Shown here: in pieces, positions 1 through 10,036 of the stretch | Layout of the letters: each line of letters opens with the position of its first letter | How positions within the stretch are numbered: position 1 is the stretch's first letter | Assembly (NCBI GenBank): GCA_965541585.1 | Contig: CBEUCH010000012.1 | Coordinates: forward strand, 1-64,000 | Direction: 5' to 3' | DNA: 64,000 nt | From: an uncultured bacterium | Lineage (GTDB): Bacteria > Zixibacteria > MSB-5A5 > UBA10806 | Program-made: the position numbers and the translations under genes | The notes under the pieces: generated by a model | The model's input: the letters and a program-made list of their open reading frames with translations, nothing else | Told to the model about the DNA's origin: nothing | Database searches by the model: none

Positions 1-551
1 ATTCAGTTTTCGCGGTTGACCTCGATGGCGATGGCGACAATGACCTGGCCGTGGCCAATGCTGCCTCCCACAATGTCTCAGTCCTTCTGAATAACGGTGA
101 CGGGACATTTCAGGCGGCCGTTAATTACGGGGCCGGGGATGATCCTCGGTCAGTTTTCGCGGTTGACCTCGATGGCGATGGCGACAATGACCTGGCCGTG
201 GCTAATTATCTCTCTGATGATATCTCAATATTGATAAATCTTTCAATCACGACAGGTGTAGATAATTCTCCCGAAACATCTTTGCCTGAGAGTTTCAGTA
301 TTTCCCAAAACTTCCCCAATCCCTTCAATGCAACTACGATTATCCAATACAGCCTTCCGGAAGTCGCTCACGTTGATGTTGAAATCTACGATATCCTCGG
401 CCGCAGGGTTGAAACGCTTGCACAAGGAGAGCAACTGACGGGCTCTTATCAGGTTACCTGGAATGCCGAGAAAGCTTCTTCCGGAATATATTTCTACAGG
501 ATTCAGGCGGGGGATTATGTTGAGACGAGAAAGATGGTGCTGTTGAAGTAA
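1..551 (+). CDS. FG-GAP/VCBS repeat protein with T9SS type A-like C-terminal sorting domain (5' partial)
   Basis: Frame is open from position 3 (SVFAVDLDGDGDNDLAVAN...). Two FG-GAP units, then SQNFPNPFN...YDILGR...SSGIYFYRIQAG...KMVLLK. Confidence 0.9.
   Translation, partial: SVFAVDLDGDGDNDLAVANAASHNVSVLLNNGDGTFQAAVNYGAGDDPRSVFAVDLDGDGDNDLAVANYLSDDISILINLSITTGVDNSPETSLPESFSISQNFPNPFNATTIIQYSLPEVAHVDVEIYDILGRRVETLAQGEQLTGSYQVTWNAEKASSGIYFYRIQAGDYVETRKMVLLK
3..202 (+). repeat. 147-bp-period coding tandem repeat (FG-GAP unit)
   Basis: TCAGTTTTCGCGGTTGACCTCGATGGCGATGGCGACAATGACCTGGCCGTGGC occurs identically at 3 and 150. Confidence 0.9.
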
Positions 552-689
552 TGTTTGTCAATATCTTTAGTGCAGTCAGGCTACTGCATTTTCAATAATC
601 CAGTTTCGAAACTCGTCTCGCAGCTCCCGGGATTCAGTAAGCATTCACAAGGGTTCTAAAGTTGTCCCAGATTCCCCGCTGTAATTCTT

Positions 690-820
690 CCGTTGTTTTC
701 GATCTATGCCCCGGATCATCTGGCTGATGCGGTGGAAAGCCCGAGTCTGATCAACTAAACCATCCTCTACGTTGAGAATTAATCCTATCTTGTGTTTTGA
801 CCTAATCTGTTAGAAAATTG
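690..820 (+). repeat. Truncated copy A of the ~315-bp dispersed element
   Basis: Aligns by eye with ~20737-20868 and with the reverse complement of ~48899-49029 (TGTTTTCGATCTATGCCCCGGATCATCTGGCTGATGCGGTGG...TATCTTGTGTTTTG). Confidence 0.9.
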
Positions 821-1001
821 CCACAAAAGGGGATTTATCCTTCTATAAAATTAGAGACGAACTAAAAGGACTTGCTAATTGAAAAGGTGTCTCTTAATTT
901 GTGATTTAACTTATCCGAATTCATTTGACGATGCACACCCTCTGGATTGATGTTAACGATGTTGAAGCTGTCGACTACCACTGGATAGTCAGGGCAAAAA
1001 T

Positions 1002-2126
1002 ATGGCCAACCGCACGGTTGAAAAAGTCGTGCCTCCATCCAGCAAAACCATAGTCAGGGGAATACAAGGATTTATTCTCTTTTCGGCGATTGGAATAGCT
1101 TTAGCCATCTGGTGGAAAGCGCCAGCCAATATAGTTATTACATTGCGCCATCTGAAAAGCCCGTTTTTGGTTCTTCTGATTCCGCTGATAGGATTGGATT
1201 ATATATTGGGGGGCATCCGTCATCGGCTTTTTTTTAACGGCAGGATTCTTCCAAAAATATCATTATGGGACTGCATGCGTTCCAACTGGGCCAATATGTT
1301 TATGGGTGTAGTCACCCCTTTCCAGACCGGTGGAGGGCCGGCACAGATTTTTATGTTATGGCGTTGTGGCGCAAAGGTCTCGCAGGCAGTTTTGGTGCCC
1401 CTGATTAATCTCGCTGCCACCCTGATATTGATTCTGGTGGCCTGCATGGTGACAATGCTACTGCTGCCGGCGGATCTGTTCGGTAACAACCTTACTCATA
1501 TTATACGAGGAGGATTATTGATAGTCTCCGGGATCACCGGGCTGGTTCTTTTAGTGATGCTGTTCCCCGATATCGGCTTAATTCTGGTTCGTCTGGCATT
1601 CAGGTTGATCCCGGTCCACCTTTTCAAAATGGAATCTTTTCGCGATCGCTTGATGACAATTCTCGGTACCGAGGTCAGGCAATTCCGCAGGGATTTCAGG
1701 GCAATCCTCCGGCGAAGTAAAATCCTGCTGGTTTTGGCGACCCTTTTTACAATGGCTCTGTTTCTCAATAAATTTCTGATCGGATATGTGATAGTGCTCT
1801 CGTTAGGCCAACATGTAAACTTTGGGAATTTCGTCGGCCTGCAGATAATTCTATATTTCTTGATTTACTTTGCGCCCACGCCGGGGGCGTCGGGGCTTGC
1901 AGAAATATCCTCGGCATGGCTGATGGAGAGAATAATATCCCCCGATATTCTGGTTTTCTTTGTTATAGCCTTGCGGTTATTTACCACAATTGCCGGCGCG
2001 CTGATAGGTGGCTTTGTGCTGATAGCAGAATTGCGCAACTGGACTAAAGATCCGACGCTGAGCGTAAAAGTCAATGACAAGCCGAGGCTCGAAGAGGCCT
2101 CGGATTCGTTAGCGCAAAACGAGTAA
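1002..2126 (+). CDS. Lysylphosphatidylglycerol synthase TM-domain / flippase-like (UPF0104) membrane protein
   Basis: VTPFQTGGGPAQ and PTPGASGLAE motifs; multiple TM segments. Confidence 0.85.
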   Translation: MANRTVEKVVPPSSKTIVRGIQGFILFSAIGIALAIWWKAPANIVITLRHLKSPFLVLLIPLIGLDYILGGIRHRLFFNGRILPKISLWDCMRSNWANMFMGVVTPFQTGGGPAQIFMLWRCGAKVSQAVLVPLINLAATLILILVACMVTMLLLPADLFGNNLTHIIRGGLLIVSGITGLVLLVMLFPDIGLILVRLAFRLIPVHLFKMESFRDRLMTILGTEVRQFRRDFRAILRRSKILLVLATLFTMALFLNKFLIGYVIVLSLGQHVNFGNFVGLQIILYFLIYFAPTPGASGLAEISSAWLMERIISPDILVFFVIALRLFTTIAGALIGGFVLIAELRNWTKDPTLSVKVNDKPRLEEASDSLAQNE

Positions 2127-2155
2127 TATCCTGCCCCCTCTTATTTGCAGGCATT

Positions 2156-2203
2156 TTAAGTTAGTCCGGGCATAGCTAAAGTCGAGTTTGATTGTGGTTG
2201 GAT
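2156..2203 (+). repeat. 48-bp direct repeat, copy 1, flanking the HEAT-repeat gene
   Basis: 40/48 identical to 3084-3131 by manual alignment. Confidence 0.8.
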
Positions 2204-2250
2204 AGCCTTAGTGTAGGGCAATCGATATTCGGGGGTCAGGTCATTGCTTT

Positions 2251-3036
2251 CTATGTATATTTGAGAGCCTCTTCGGCTTCTTTGCGGACAATGTAGGCTT
2301 TATCCCAATCGTAATTTCCATCTGTGCCCGAGATAAGCCTGCACGATGCCTTAAGTTTTTCTCGCTCCATTGTGTCGAGATGTCCATGCTTGGCAAGTTT
2401 CCCCAAACTGCGGAGCGCTTTAGCGCGAATCCCCGGGTAAGGATCAGCCAGATTGTTTCGCAATCTCTCAAAGAAAGCTTTCCGTAGATCCTCAGGCAAA
2501 TCCGACGGTCGAATGGACTCTACAAATTTACCGATAGCCCGCGTCGCCGTATCCCGCAACTCAGAATCCGAGGATTGAGCCGCTTCAAGCGCCAGGTGAG
2601 CAGCCTGCACGATCTTAGGCGACTTAATCTTCCCCAGCGCAAACAGGATAAACATACGATGGGCTGGCTCAGTCGAAGCCTGGTATTCGTTCACAAGCGT
2701 CTTAATCGCATCGATGCCAATGCGACCTAAGGCGTGACCAATAGCCATTTGTGCTTTGAGATCACCTGCATCCAGTTGCTCCAACAGAATGGGGATAATC
2801 CGTTCTCCAAAACCTGCCGTGAGACTTACCGCTTCATCAAGTACGGGCACCAGCTCTGGATGATCTAGCGGATCAATGTAGAAAATAGCCGAAACCATTT
2901 CAAAAAGCGACCGCGCTTCGCTGGAACCTACTCGGGAGATTTCTTGCCTTACCAGTTTCAACCCCCGGTGTAATTCATCTGGTTTTGTACTTGCTAAAAG
3001 GATTTTGATCGTCTCATATGAATTCTTAGACGTCAC
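2251..3036 (-). CDS. HEAT-repeat protein
   Basis: Repeated R..A..ALG.I helices; GAGGAG SD before the GTG start. Confidence 0.8.
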   Translation of the reverse strand: MTSKNSYETIKILLASTKPDELHRGLKLVRQEISRVGSSEARSLFEMVSAIFYIDPLDHPELVPVLDEAVSLTAGFGERIIPILLEQLDAGDLKAQMAIGHALGRIGIDAIKTLVNEYQASTEPAHRMFILFALGKIKSPKIVQAAHLALEAAQSSDSELRDTATRAIGKFVESIRPSDLPEDLRKAFFERLRNNLADPYPGIRAKALRSLGKLAKHGHLDTMEREKLKASCRLISGTDGNYDWDKAYIVRKEAEEALKYT

Positions 3037-3083
3037 TCTATCTCCTCGTATCTAGTGATCTGCCTTGCTCATTATACCACATC

Positions 3084-3131
3084 TTAAGTTAGTCCAGCCA
3101 AAGAGAAAGTCAAGTTTGTTTGTGGGTGGAT
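3084..3131 (+). repeat. 48-bp direct repeat, copy 2
   Basis: TTAAGTTAGTCCAGCCAAAGAGAAAGTCAAGTTTGTTTGTGGGTGGAT matches 2156-2203. Confidence 0.8.
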
Positions 3132-3164
3132 GCCAAGCAATTATCGGAATCGCGATGATCTGTT

Positions 3165-3195
3165 CATTTCCGCTAATAGGGGACTAGTGGAAATG
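3165..3195. repeat. 31-bp palindrome family, copy 1
   Basis: CATTTCCGCTAA-TAGGGGA-CTAGTGGAAATG; related to 35323-35353 and 39624-39654. Confidence 0.75.
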
Positions 3196-3358
3196 GGTCA
3201 TCGATGTATGCGCAAATCTCGGTCTAAAGTCTCAGCGTGGTTCCATCCATTTTAGCGGCATGTATGGCATGAGTTTGCTTTTTTGATTTTTCGCTGAAGG
3301 CCAAGGCACTACTAAATGGCTTGCAAAACTACAGAGAGTATCTTAGTTTCTTACATGA

Positions 3359-4291
3359 ATGAGTCGAAAGTTTTTGACAACAATCACTTTGCCGTTAGCA
3401 GCATCATGCACTTTAGTATTATTATTGGTATTTTGCCAGGCTGACCGGAAAAGGGCGCTGATAGATATGGATGAATTCATACCTGAAAAAGTTTTCGACT
3501 GGACTGCGGCAGAGAAGCCCGATGCGTACGACCGGGAGACGATTTTCGACTATATCAACGGAGCAGGTGAGGTCTATCGGCAATATGGTTTTCGTCAGCT
3601 TCTCGTTAAGCGATTCAAAAGAACGAACCATCCTTCTTTAACGGTAGAATTGTTTGATATGGGAGATTCGCGGGATGCTTTTGGCATATTCAGTCATTCT
3701 CGGGAAGGGAAAACCGCAAACATAGGGCAGGGTTCGGAATTCAGGGGTGGCCTGCTGTGTTTCTGGAAAAACAATTTTTTCGCCTGTATCTATGCTGAAA
3801 AAAGAACCGATGATACGGATACTGCGGTTCTAGAGCTCGCCAGCGGCATAGAGAAGAGGATCGGGGAATCCGGCCCCCTGCCGGAGCTGTTAGATTATCT
3901 GCCGGAAGAGGGCTTGATGCACTCAAGCATCATCTATTTTCATAATCAGGCCTCGCTAAACTACCACTATTATCTTGCAGAGAATAATATTCTCAACCTA
4001 TCCGAAGATACCGAGGCGGTGATCGCCCGATATGAACCTCATAAGGCTTTTCTCTTGTGCATCATGTATAATAATGAAGATCAGGCGGAAAAATCACTAC
4101 AGGATTTTATTGCAGGCTACATACCGGAAGCTGAAACGACTGGCCTTGCGCAGATCGAAGAGGATCAGTGGGTGAAGGTTAGGGCAGTTGCCAATTTCCT
4201 GGTGATCGCTCTGGAAGCACCCGCTGAAGTAATAGCAGGAAATCTGACGGGCGCCGCCGCGGACAAGATAATGGAGTTAAAAGATGAGTAA
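3359..4291 (+). CDS. Exported protein, DUF6599-like
   Basis: N-terminal hydrophobic segment; Y...TIFDYINGAGEVY..YGF and ELFDMGDSRDAFGIFS motifs. Confidence 0.7.
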   Translation: MSRKFLTTITLPLAASCTLVLLLVFCQADRKRALIDMDEFIPEKVFDWTAAEKPDAYDRETIFDYINGAGEVYRQYGFRQLLVKRFKRTNHPSLTVELFDMGDSRDAFGIFSHSREGKTANIGQGSEFRGGLLCFWKNNFFACIYAEKRTDDTDTAVLELASGIEKRIGESGPLPELLDYLPEEGLMHSSIIYFHNQASLNYHYYLAENNILNLSEDTEAVIARYEPHKAFLLCIMYNNEDQAEKSLQDFIAGYIPEAETTGLAQIEEDQWVKVRAVANFLVIALEAPAEVIAGNLTGAAADKIMELKDE

Positions 4292-5198
4292 AGAGGGGAA
4301 AGCCGCCCTGGAGGGCAACGTAACACGACGTGACTTCCTGAGGGGTGCAGCCTATGCAGGTTTAGCCGCCACCGTTGGCATACCTCTCAAGATAGGCTGG
4401 GCTGACGAAGAGGTAGCCAGGACGAGAGTCGTATTGATTCGAAATGAAAAAGCGTTGGACGCCGCCGGGAATCCGGATGCAGAGATCATCAAAACGATGA
4501 TCGACCAGGCGATAGCTGCTCTCCTGGATGAGGAGAAACCTCATGATGCATGGAAGAGGCTGGTTAGCCCCGATGACATTGTCGGTATAAAGACCAATAA
4601 TTGGGGCCCGCTTCCAACGCCACAGGAAGTAGAGAATGCTATCCAGACGGCAGTGGTTGGCGCCGGCGTTAAGGAGGAGAACATAAGCATTGATGACCAG
4701 GGCGTACGTTTCGATCCCGTATTCCAGAAAGCAACCGCTCTGATCAATGTCAGGCCGCTCAGAACGCATCACTGGTCCGGAGTGGGGGGGCTTCTAAAGA
4801 ACTATATAATGTTCGTGCCGGAGCCAAGCGAATATCATGGCAACTCGTGCGCCGATCTGGCGGCCATCTGGAAACTGCCGATAGTAAAAGACAAAACCAG
4901 GCTGAATATTCTCCTTCTTCTTCAGCCACTGTTCCACGGGATCGGGCCACACCATTATGATGAGACTTATATCTGGCAATATAACGGTATTCTGGTGGGA
5001 ACCGATCCTGTCGCCGTAGACGCTGTCGGTCTGCAGATCTTCGAGGCCAAGCGGCAAGCCCATTTTGGTGAGAAAAGGCGCCTCAAACCGCCGGCCCATC
5101 ACATAGCCTATGCTGACATAAGGCATAAGCTGGGAACGAGCGACCTCGGCAAGATCCAGCTTCTAAAACTCGGCTGGCAGGAGGATGTCCTTATATAA
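4284..5198 (+). CDS. Tat-exported DUF362 domain protein
   Basis: TRRDFL Tat motif; DIVGIKTN, LKNYI and GTDPVAVD motifs; overlaps the upstream gene. Confidence 0.85.
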   Translation: MSKEGKAALEGNVTRRDFLRGAAYAGLAATVGIPLKIGWADEEVARTRVVLIRNEKALDAAGNPDAEIIKTMIDQAIAALLDEEKPHDAWKRLVSPDDIVGIKTNNWGPLPTPQEVENAIQTAVVGAGVKEENISIDDQGVRFDPVFQKATALINVRPLRTHHWSGVGGLLKNYIMFVPEPSEYHGNSCADLAAIWKLPIVKDKTRLNILLLLQPLFHGIGPHHYDETYIWQYNGILVGTDPVAVDAVGLQIFEAKRQAHFGEKRRLKPPAHHIAYADIRHKLGTSDLGKIQLLKLGWQEDVLI

Positions 5199-5349
5199 AT
5201 GACTCTGCTGGAGAGATTAAATTCAATCCGAGTCAGGATCTCTAAAGGCTGCTTAGTTTTTTAATCATTCCTAGGCGTCCCGGTGCGTGAACAGGATTTG
5301 GGATATTCGTCAGCCCGGATCGACTATGTGAGAACTGATCGACGCGGCC

Positions 5350-6390
5350 TTAATTTATCAACTCTGTATCGGGGAAAAAGCTGATCCACGCAAACCAGTA
5401 GGCCGATATTGCGGGTATCTGATCGAGCTGGTCCGCATCTCCCGATTTTGCCCTGCCGGTACGCGAGTCCCAGACAGCATTATCGCCCGGCAGAAAAAGA
5501 GCGTTGTCTTCTATCCTGATGTTTTCCAGATCAGCTTGAGAATGGTCGCGCAGGGCGAATGCTGCCACCGTCCTGCCTTCGTGGTCATACGTTACAATAA
5601 CGGGAGGTTCCGTCCCGGAGACGACTGCAAGCCCATTTCGAATCAGGTAATCCTCTGACACGGCAATTTGACGTTTTCCAAGATTTAAACCGACAACTTT
5701 ATCCTTGCCGTCCAGTTTCTGGAAGTTATTGGCTCTTCCAAAGATGCCCAGCTTATCGGGATCAGCGAAATAGGAATCATACTGAGATCCGGATTCCCCT
5801 TTCTCCGGCTTTCTGAGCAACAATCCCTCGGGATAGAGCTCTCTAAATTGACTATAGCTTGTATGCAGGGCTGGAAGGGAAGAGAGCTTTTTGCCTTTGA
5901 GCTCGCCGGAGATACATTCTCCGTCAATCTGTGACCACAGCGAGCCGGTTTCGAGATCCTGCATGACCAGCGCATCCTGCCAGAGAGAGCCGGAAGCCTG
6001 AAAAGTCAGAGATAGAGTATCGACTTTTGCGGCATAGACTATGCCGCTGAAACAGAGCGGTCACCAGGTTACGGCAACGGGTCGGCCGTTAAGTCGATCG
6101 TTGACAATCTCGTGCCTGTCCAGATGCCAGGTGCTATAAGCCCTGGCGGAATCGCCAGTCACCAAAACCATCAATGGCTCTTCCGGGTGATAATACTCGT
6201 CGCCTTCGGATATGGGAATAAATTCGGGATCAAAAATAGCGGGTATGTCACCCGGCTTGAGAACCGTGTACATTAGATGGCCTTTGACCATGGTCTTTTT
6301 TGGTTCAGGGCGCTGCGCGAAGGAGTCAACGCCGATAATGAATATGGCGATAAAGATCAATCTTAAAGCGTTTCTAAACCTTTTTGACAT
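5350..6390 (-). CDS. DUF3179 family selenoprotein (346 aa, Sec at TGA 6061-6063)
   Basis: ORFs 6061-6390 and 5350-5964 are in the same frame and the gap is open. Read-through gives HEIVND...AVTW-U-PLCFSGIVY...FQASGSLWQDALVMQDLETGSLWSQ, the DUF3179 CxxC region with U in place of the first Cys. Confidence 0.88.
6029..6047 (-). promoter_or_regulatory. Candidate bacterial SECIS hairpin
   Basis: GCGGCATA-GTC-TATGCCGC perfect stem starting 13 nt downstream of the in-frame UGA. Confidence 0.6.
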
Positions 6391-6621
6391 CGTCCGGAAC
6401 TCCCAATGTGAAGTTGTTTTCTAATCCGTTCATCCGCCAATTACGACAGAAAACCTGAAATCCTATACCCTACAACGATGAATTGTCAATTATTGTTTCT
6501 ATAGCAACTATATTTGCCCCACCAGCATCTATTTTCAGAGATCTTCCGGGCAGTTTGATCTTATCTCATATCATGCAGCTAAATAGCATATCCAATAGTC
6601 TGAAATCACTATCACGTCAAT

Positions 6622-8919
6622 TTAAGTCCTGAACATGTACTGCAGTTTCATGAAAAATTGACGTTTGGTAAGTTCCCAATTTGGTCGATCTTCGGGAACT
6701 ATCGTAAGCTTATCATAATCGTAGGTTGAGCCGACATAGAATACCGAGAATGAACCGATGCGGTAAGTCAATAAAGGATCAAACTCCCACCTTTCGCTGA
6801 AGTCGTTATACTGGATCACAAACCTTATTGATAATTCTCTATTGGCCTGGAATTGGAATCTTGTCCTTGTTATGTATCCACTATACAATTCCTCCCCGGT
6901 ACTGACATCGGTGCTTTTTGAATAGCTGATATTTGGTTCGATCACCAGCCTGTCTAAGGGTTTAAGGTTAAGTCCTGCATATAGTTCGGTTTCCTCACCT
7001 TTTGCGAGCACCCAGCGGGCGACATTTCGTTCCCGGCTGAAGGATAAATCATAGCCTAATCTATCGCTCGGGCGGCCGCCCATATCTATACCAAATTCCC
7101 AGAGGTCGTCGTAATCAGTGCCGGCCCAGAATTCCGATCCGGTCCCGAATGAACCCCAAAAATATGTCTGGGCAAACCTCAGGCGATTGAAGATACTAAA
7201 ATTGATCCGTTTCCACTTATTGACGCTATCAAAATTCCATCTTCCATCCGTATAAACCTGGGGGACTATTCTCTCAAACGGGCCGTCATCCATATAAAAA
7301 GTGTAAGATGAGTAAATTGATAAATTCCGGTAGTCGTTCCACGGGTCATAGCCGGTTTCGGTTCTGTAGGATGGTGCTACCTGATTATAGTCTATAGTGA
7401 AATCCCAATCTCGCGCACGTCTTCTAAACTGTGTAATGAAAGCGCCTCCGGAATACGATTCGCCGTCGAATGCTGCGGTGTATTTCCCGTCGTCAAATAA
7501 TACGTCCTCAAGCCCTGCTGTCAGGGTGCTGTCATCCGGTTCCTTTGTGTGGCTGGTGAGTAACTGCCCGACTATGCTGTAGTTTTGAGACAATCTGATG
7601 TCGCCATCGATACCGGCCACAAATCCATATCCTCCGTCGCCGGAGAAATCATCCTCGAACCTCCGGTCGCTCAATATGATTCCGAGGTGATTGTCGCCGC
7701 TAAAGGTTCTGGAAATCCTCAGTACATTCACATAACTCTTTCCGGAATTGACGATAATGCTTCTGTCATCAAGAGGGATCATGTAAGGTGTGTTTTCATC
7801 GAGAGCCGATAAAAAGCCGATACTCATTCGATTCGCCCTGCCGGTCAACTTGGCGGCGAATTGGGGATCGTTGACAGTTCGTGTGTAGAATGAATTGAAT
7901 ATCGTGCGAAATATATCGGCGCCCTCCTGGAAGAACGGTCGCCGTTCCGGATAGAACAGGGCAATAGTGCTGTTAACGTCGATCTGGGCGGCATCGGACT
8001 CAATCTGGCTGAAATCCGGATTGTAGGTGGCCTCGAGGGTAACGTCCGATGAGAGGGAATATTTTCCGCCTATCGATAATTCTCTCTTCACACGGCCGTC
8101 AACCAGAGGTGAATCGCCGTCGCCGTAATCGGAAAGCTCGCTTGTCTGGTGTGCTACGATAGTGGGCAGGATTTCAAGCCCTTTCCCCGGATGGACATTT
8201 TCTATTCCGCTCACCGTCCCCCACTGACACGGCCAGCACTGTTCATCTCGATCATAGGCTGCCCACGAGTATTGGTTATTGCTTTCCCTGGGGCGATTTC
8301 TCCAGAAATCCATCTTCCATGTCTGAACGTCCTTATTGGGGAAACGGATACTCGCAAAGGGTATCGCGATCTCGACCTGATATCCCGTTTCCGTAATTCG
8401 GGCGGCGGATTTCCAGATCATATCATATCCGCGGTCCTCGCCGTGGACTCTCGACCAGAGATAATCTTTCTGCACTCCGTAGGGATTAACGAAAAATTCA
8501 TAAGCCCAGGCGGCATCGCCATAGGTATCGATGAGCAGAGAGACATTGTCATCCCCATAGAATTGATCGCGCTGGCACATTGTGGCCCTGATGGTGGAGG
8601 GATCGTCGTAGCAAATGAAGGCTACATACAGATTATTCTCATCATAAGCAATATAGGCCTTAGTTTCCACCTCCGGCTCGGTCATCTCCCCGGGCCATCG
8701 TTCGACAAAGTTTTTGACCTGGCTGGCATTTTTCCATCCGGGATCATCCAAATCGCCGTCGATCTCGATCTTTTTCTCGATTCTCATGACTTCAAGAGTT
8801 GGATTGAATACGGGCTGGAAAGACTTTGTGGCAAATACTTCTGAGCAATAGAGAAGCGCAACGACCAATAGAAAAAGCTCGATATATCTGCCCTGAATAA
8901 ATTTGTAGAACTTCTTCAT
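6622..8919 (-). CDS. CBM9-like plus DUF5916 outer-membrane protein
   Basis: IDGDLDD..W, EIAIPFASIRF, NPDFSQIESD, ERRPFF motifs; aromatic C-terminus. Start moved to ATG 8919 after GGAGG. Confidence 0.85.
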   Translation of the reverse strand: MKKFYKFIQGRYIELFLLVVALLYCSEVFATKSFQPVFNPTLEVMRIEKKIEIDGDLDDPGWKNASQVKNFVERWPGEMTEPEVETKAYIAYDENNLYVAFICYDDPSTIRATMCQRDQFYGDDNVSLLIDTYGDAAWAYEFFVNPYGVQKDYLWSRVHGEDRGYDMIWKSAARITETGYQVEIAIPFASIRFPNKDVQTWKMDFWRNRPRESNNQYSWAAYDRDEQCWPCQWGTVSGIENVHPGKGLEILPTIVAHQTSELSDYGDGDSPLVDGRVKRELSIGGKYSLSSDVTLEATYNPDFSQIESDAAQIDVNSTIALFYPERRPFFQEGADIFRTIFNSFYTRTVNDPQFAAKLTGRANRMSIGFLSALDENTPYMIPLDDRSIIVNSGKSYVNVLRISRTFSGDNHLGIILSDRRFEDDFSGDGGYGFVAGIDGDIRLSQNYSIVGQLLTSHTKEPDDSTLTAGLEDVLFDDGKYTAAFDGESYSGGAFITQFRRRARDWDFTIDYNQVAPSYRTETGYDPWNDYRNLSIYSSYTFYMDDGPFERIVPQVYTDGRWNFDSVNKWKRINFSIFNRLRFAQTYFWGSFGTGSEFWAGTDYDDLWEFGIDMGGRPSDRLGYDLSFSRERNVARWVLAKGEETELYAGLNLKPLDRLVIEPNISYSKSTDVSTGEELYSGYITRTRFQFQANRELSIRFVIQYNDFSERWEFDPLLTYRIGSFSVFYVGSTYDYDKLTIVPEDRPNWELTKRQFFMKLQYMFRT

Positions 8920-9488
8920 CTCAATTCCTCCTAAACATAATCGAGCCCATAGCGCCAAAACTACTGCTATAAGCTATAGACTATGAAAAATTAGAGTTCT
9001 TTCAGGCAATGGCGACCAACCTTTCAGGGCCAATAGACCCCTATCTCCCAATTTCTGATACGGGAAAACCTCGTAGATGTTTAGGGCAAAATGGGAAAAT
9101 ACCAGTTTTTTTGTTTTATTATTTCCAGGGGAAAAAAGGGGAGTGGGGCTTAACGTTGTCTGCCAATTCATCGCGTGCGAAAAATGACGATCTTCTGGTA
9201 TCTCGGAGCATGAAAAGCGGGCGTTCCTGAGATGGGCGGTATCTGAATACTATAATAACTGGAGACTTAAATAGCTTGCGGAACAAAAAAGAGTAAATTA
9301 GATTCTAATTCAGATGGTCCTGGAGTTTCTAATGTTCCACAGTCAGTTTCCTGGCCGCAGGTGGCAGTGCTGATAGGCCGGTGCGGTTTTGAACGGCAGC
9401 AGGGAAAACAAGCCTTGTTCTCGATAGTAGCTGCGAGGGTGCGATCAACAATTACTCCATGGGGATCTGAACGCAGGCAGAGCATAAG

Positions 9489-9983
9489 ATGGAATTTTTT
9501 GTGCAAGAGATGAAGAAAACTGATCTGAAGGATGTGCTCAAAATATACTCGGAGGGGATTGCGAGCGGCAACGCGACCTTCGAAACCTCAGAGCCGGGCG
9601 AGGAGGAATGGGATAAAATGCATCTGTCTAATTGCAGGTTGGTTGCCCGGTCCGGCGATGAGATTATCGGCTGGGCGGCGCTCAGCCCCGTTTCCGGCCG
9701 ATGTGTATATTCGGGTGTAGCCGAGGTGAGCGTCTACGTAGGTTCTCGTGCAAGGGGAGAAGGCGTGGGCAAGACCTTGCTTTTAAAACTGGTCGAGGAA
9801 TCCGAAAAGGCCGGAATCTGGACTCTGGATGCCGGAGTATTTCCGGAAAATAAGGCCAGCATTTCCCTTCATAAGTCCTGTGGTTTCAGGGAGGTCGGAT
9901 ACAGAGAGAAACTGGGCAGCGCAAACGGTATCTGGCGGGATGTTATATTGCTGGAAAGACGAAGCAGAAATGTCGGCGTATGA
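9489..9983 (+). CDS. GNAT N-acetyltransferase (phosphinothricin/YncA-like)
   Basis: ATFET, AEVSVYV...RGEGVG and N.ASISLHKSCGFREVG motifs. Confidence 0.9.
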   Translation: MEFFVQEMKKTDLKDVLKIYSEGIASGNATFETSEPGEEEWDKMHLSNCRLVARSGDEIIGWAALSPVSGRCVYSGVAEVSVYVGSRARGEGVGKTLLLKLVEESEKAGIWTLDAGVFPENKASISLHKSCGFREVGYREKLGSANGIWRDVILLERRSRNVGV

Positions 9984-10036
9984 AATATCCCGAGCCTGCT
10001 TTGGCGGGGGCGAGATTAAACTAAAAGGAGTTACGA

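Noticed and set aside
2114..2166. attC-like fold on the minus strand (GACTAAC...GTTTTGC)
   Set aside because: Only 53 bp, 7-nt right spacer, R boxes do not pair beyond AAC/GTT, and it overlaps a gene end; more likely a terminator-like hairpin
3264..3278. sigma54 promoter TGGCATGAGTTTGC
   Set aside because: GG-to-GC spacing is 9 nt rather than the required 10
9240..9488. SAM or cobalamin riboswitch upstream of the methyltransferase operon
   Set aside because: No SAM-I or B12-box consensus recognised by eye; an Rfam scan would be needed to exclude it
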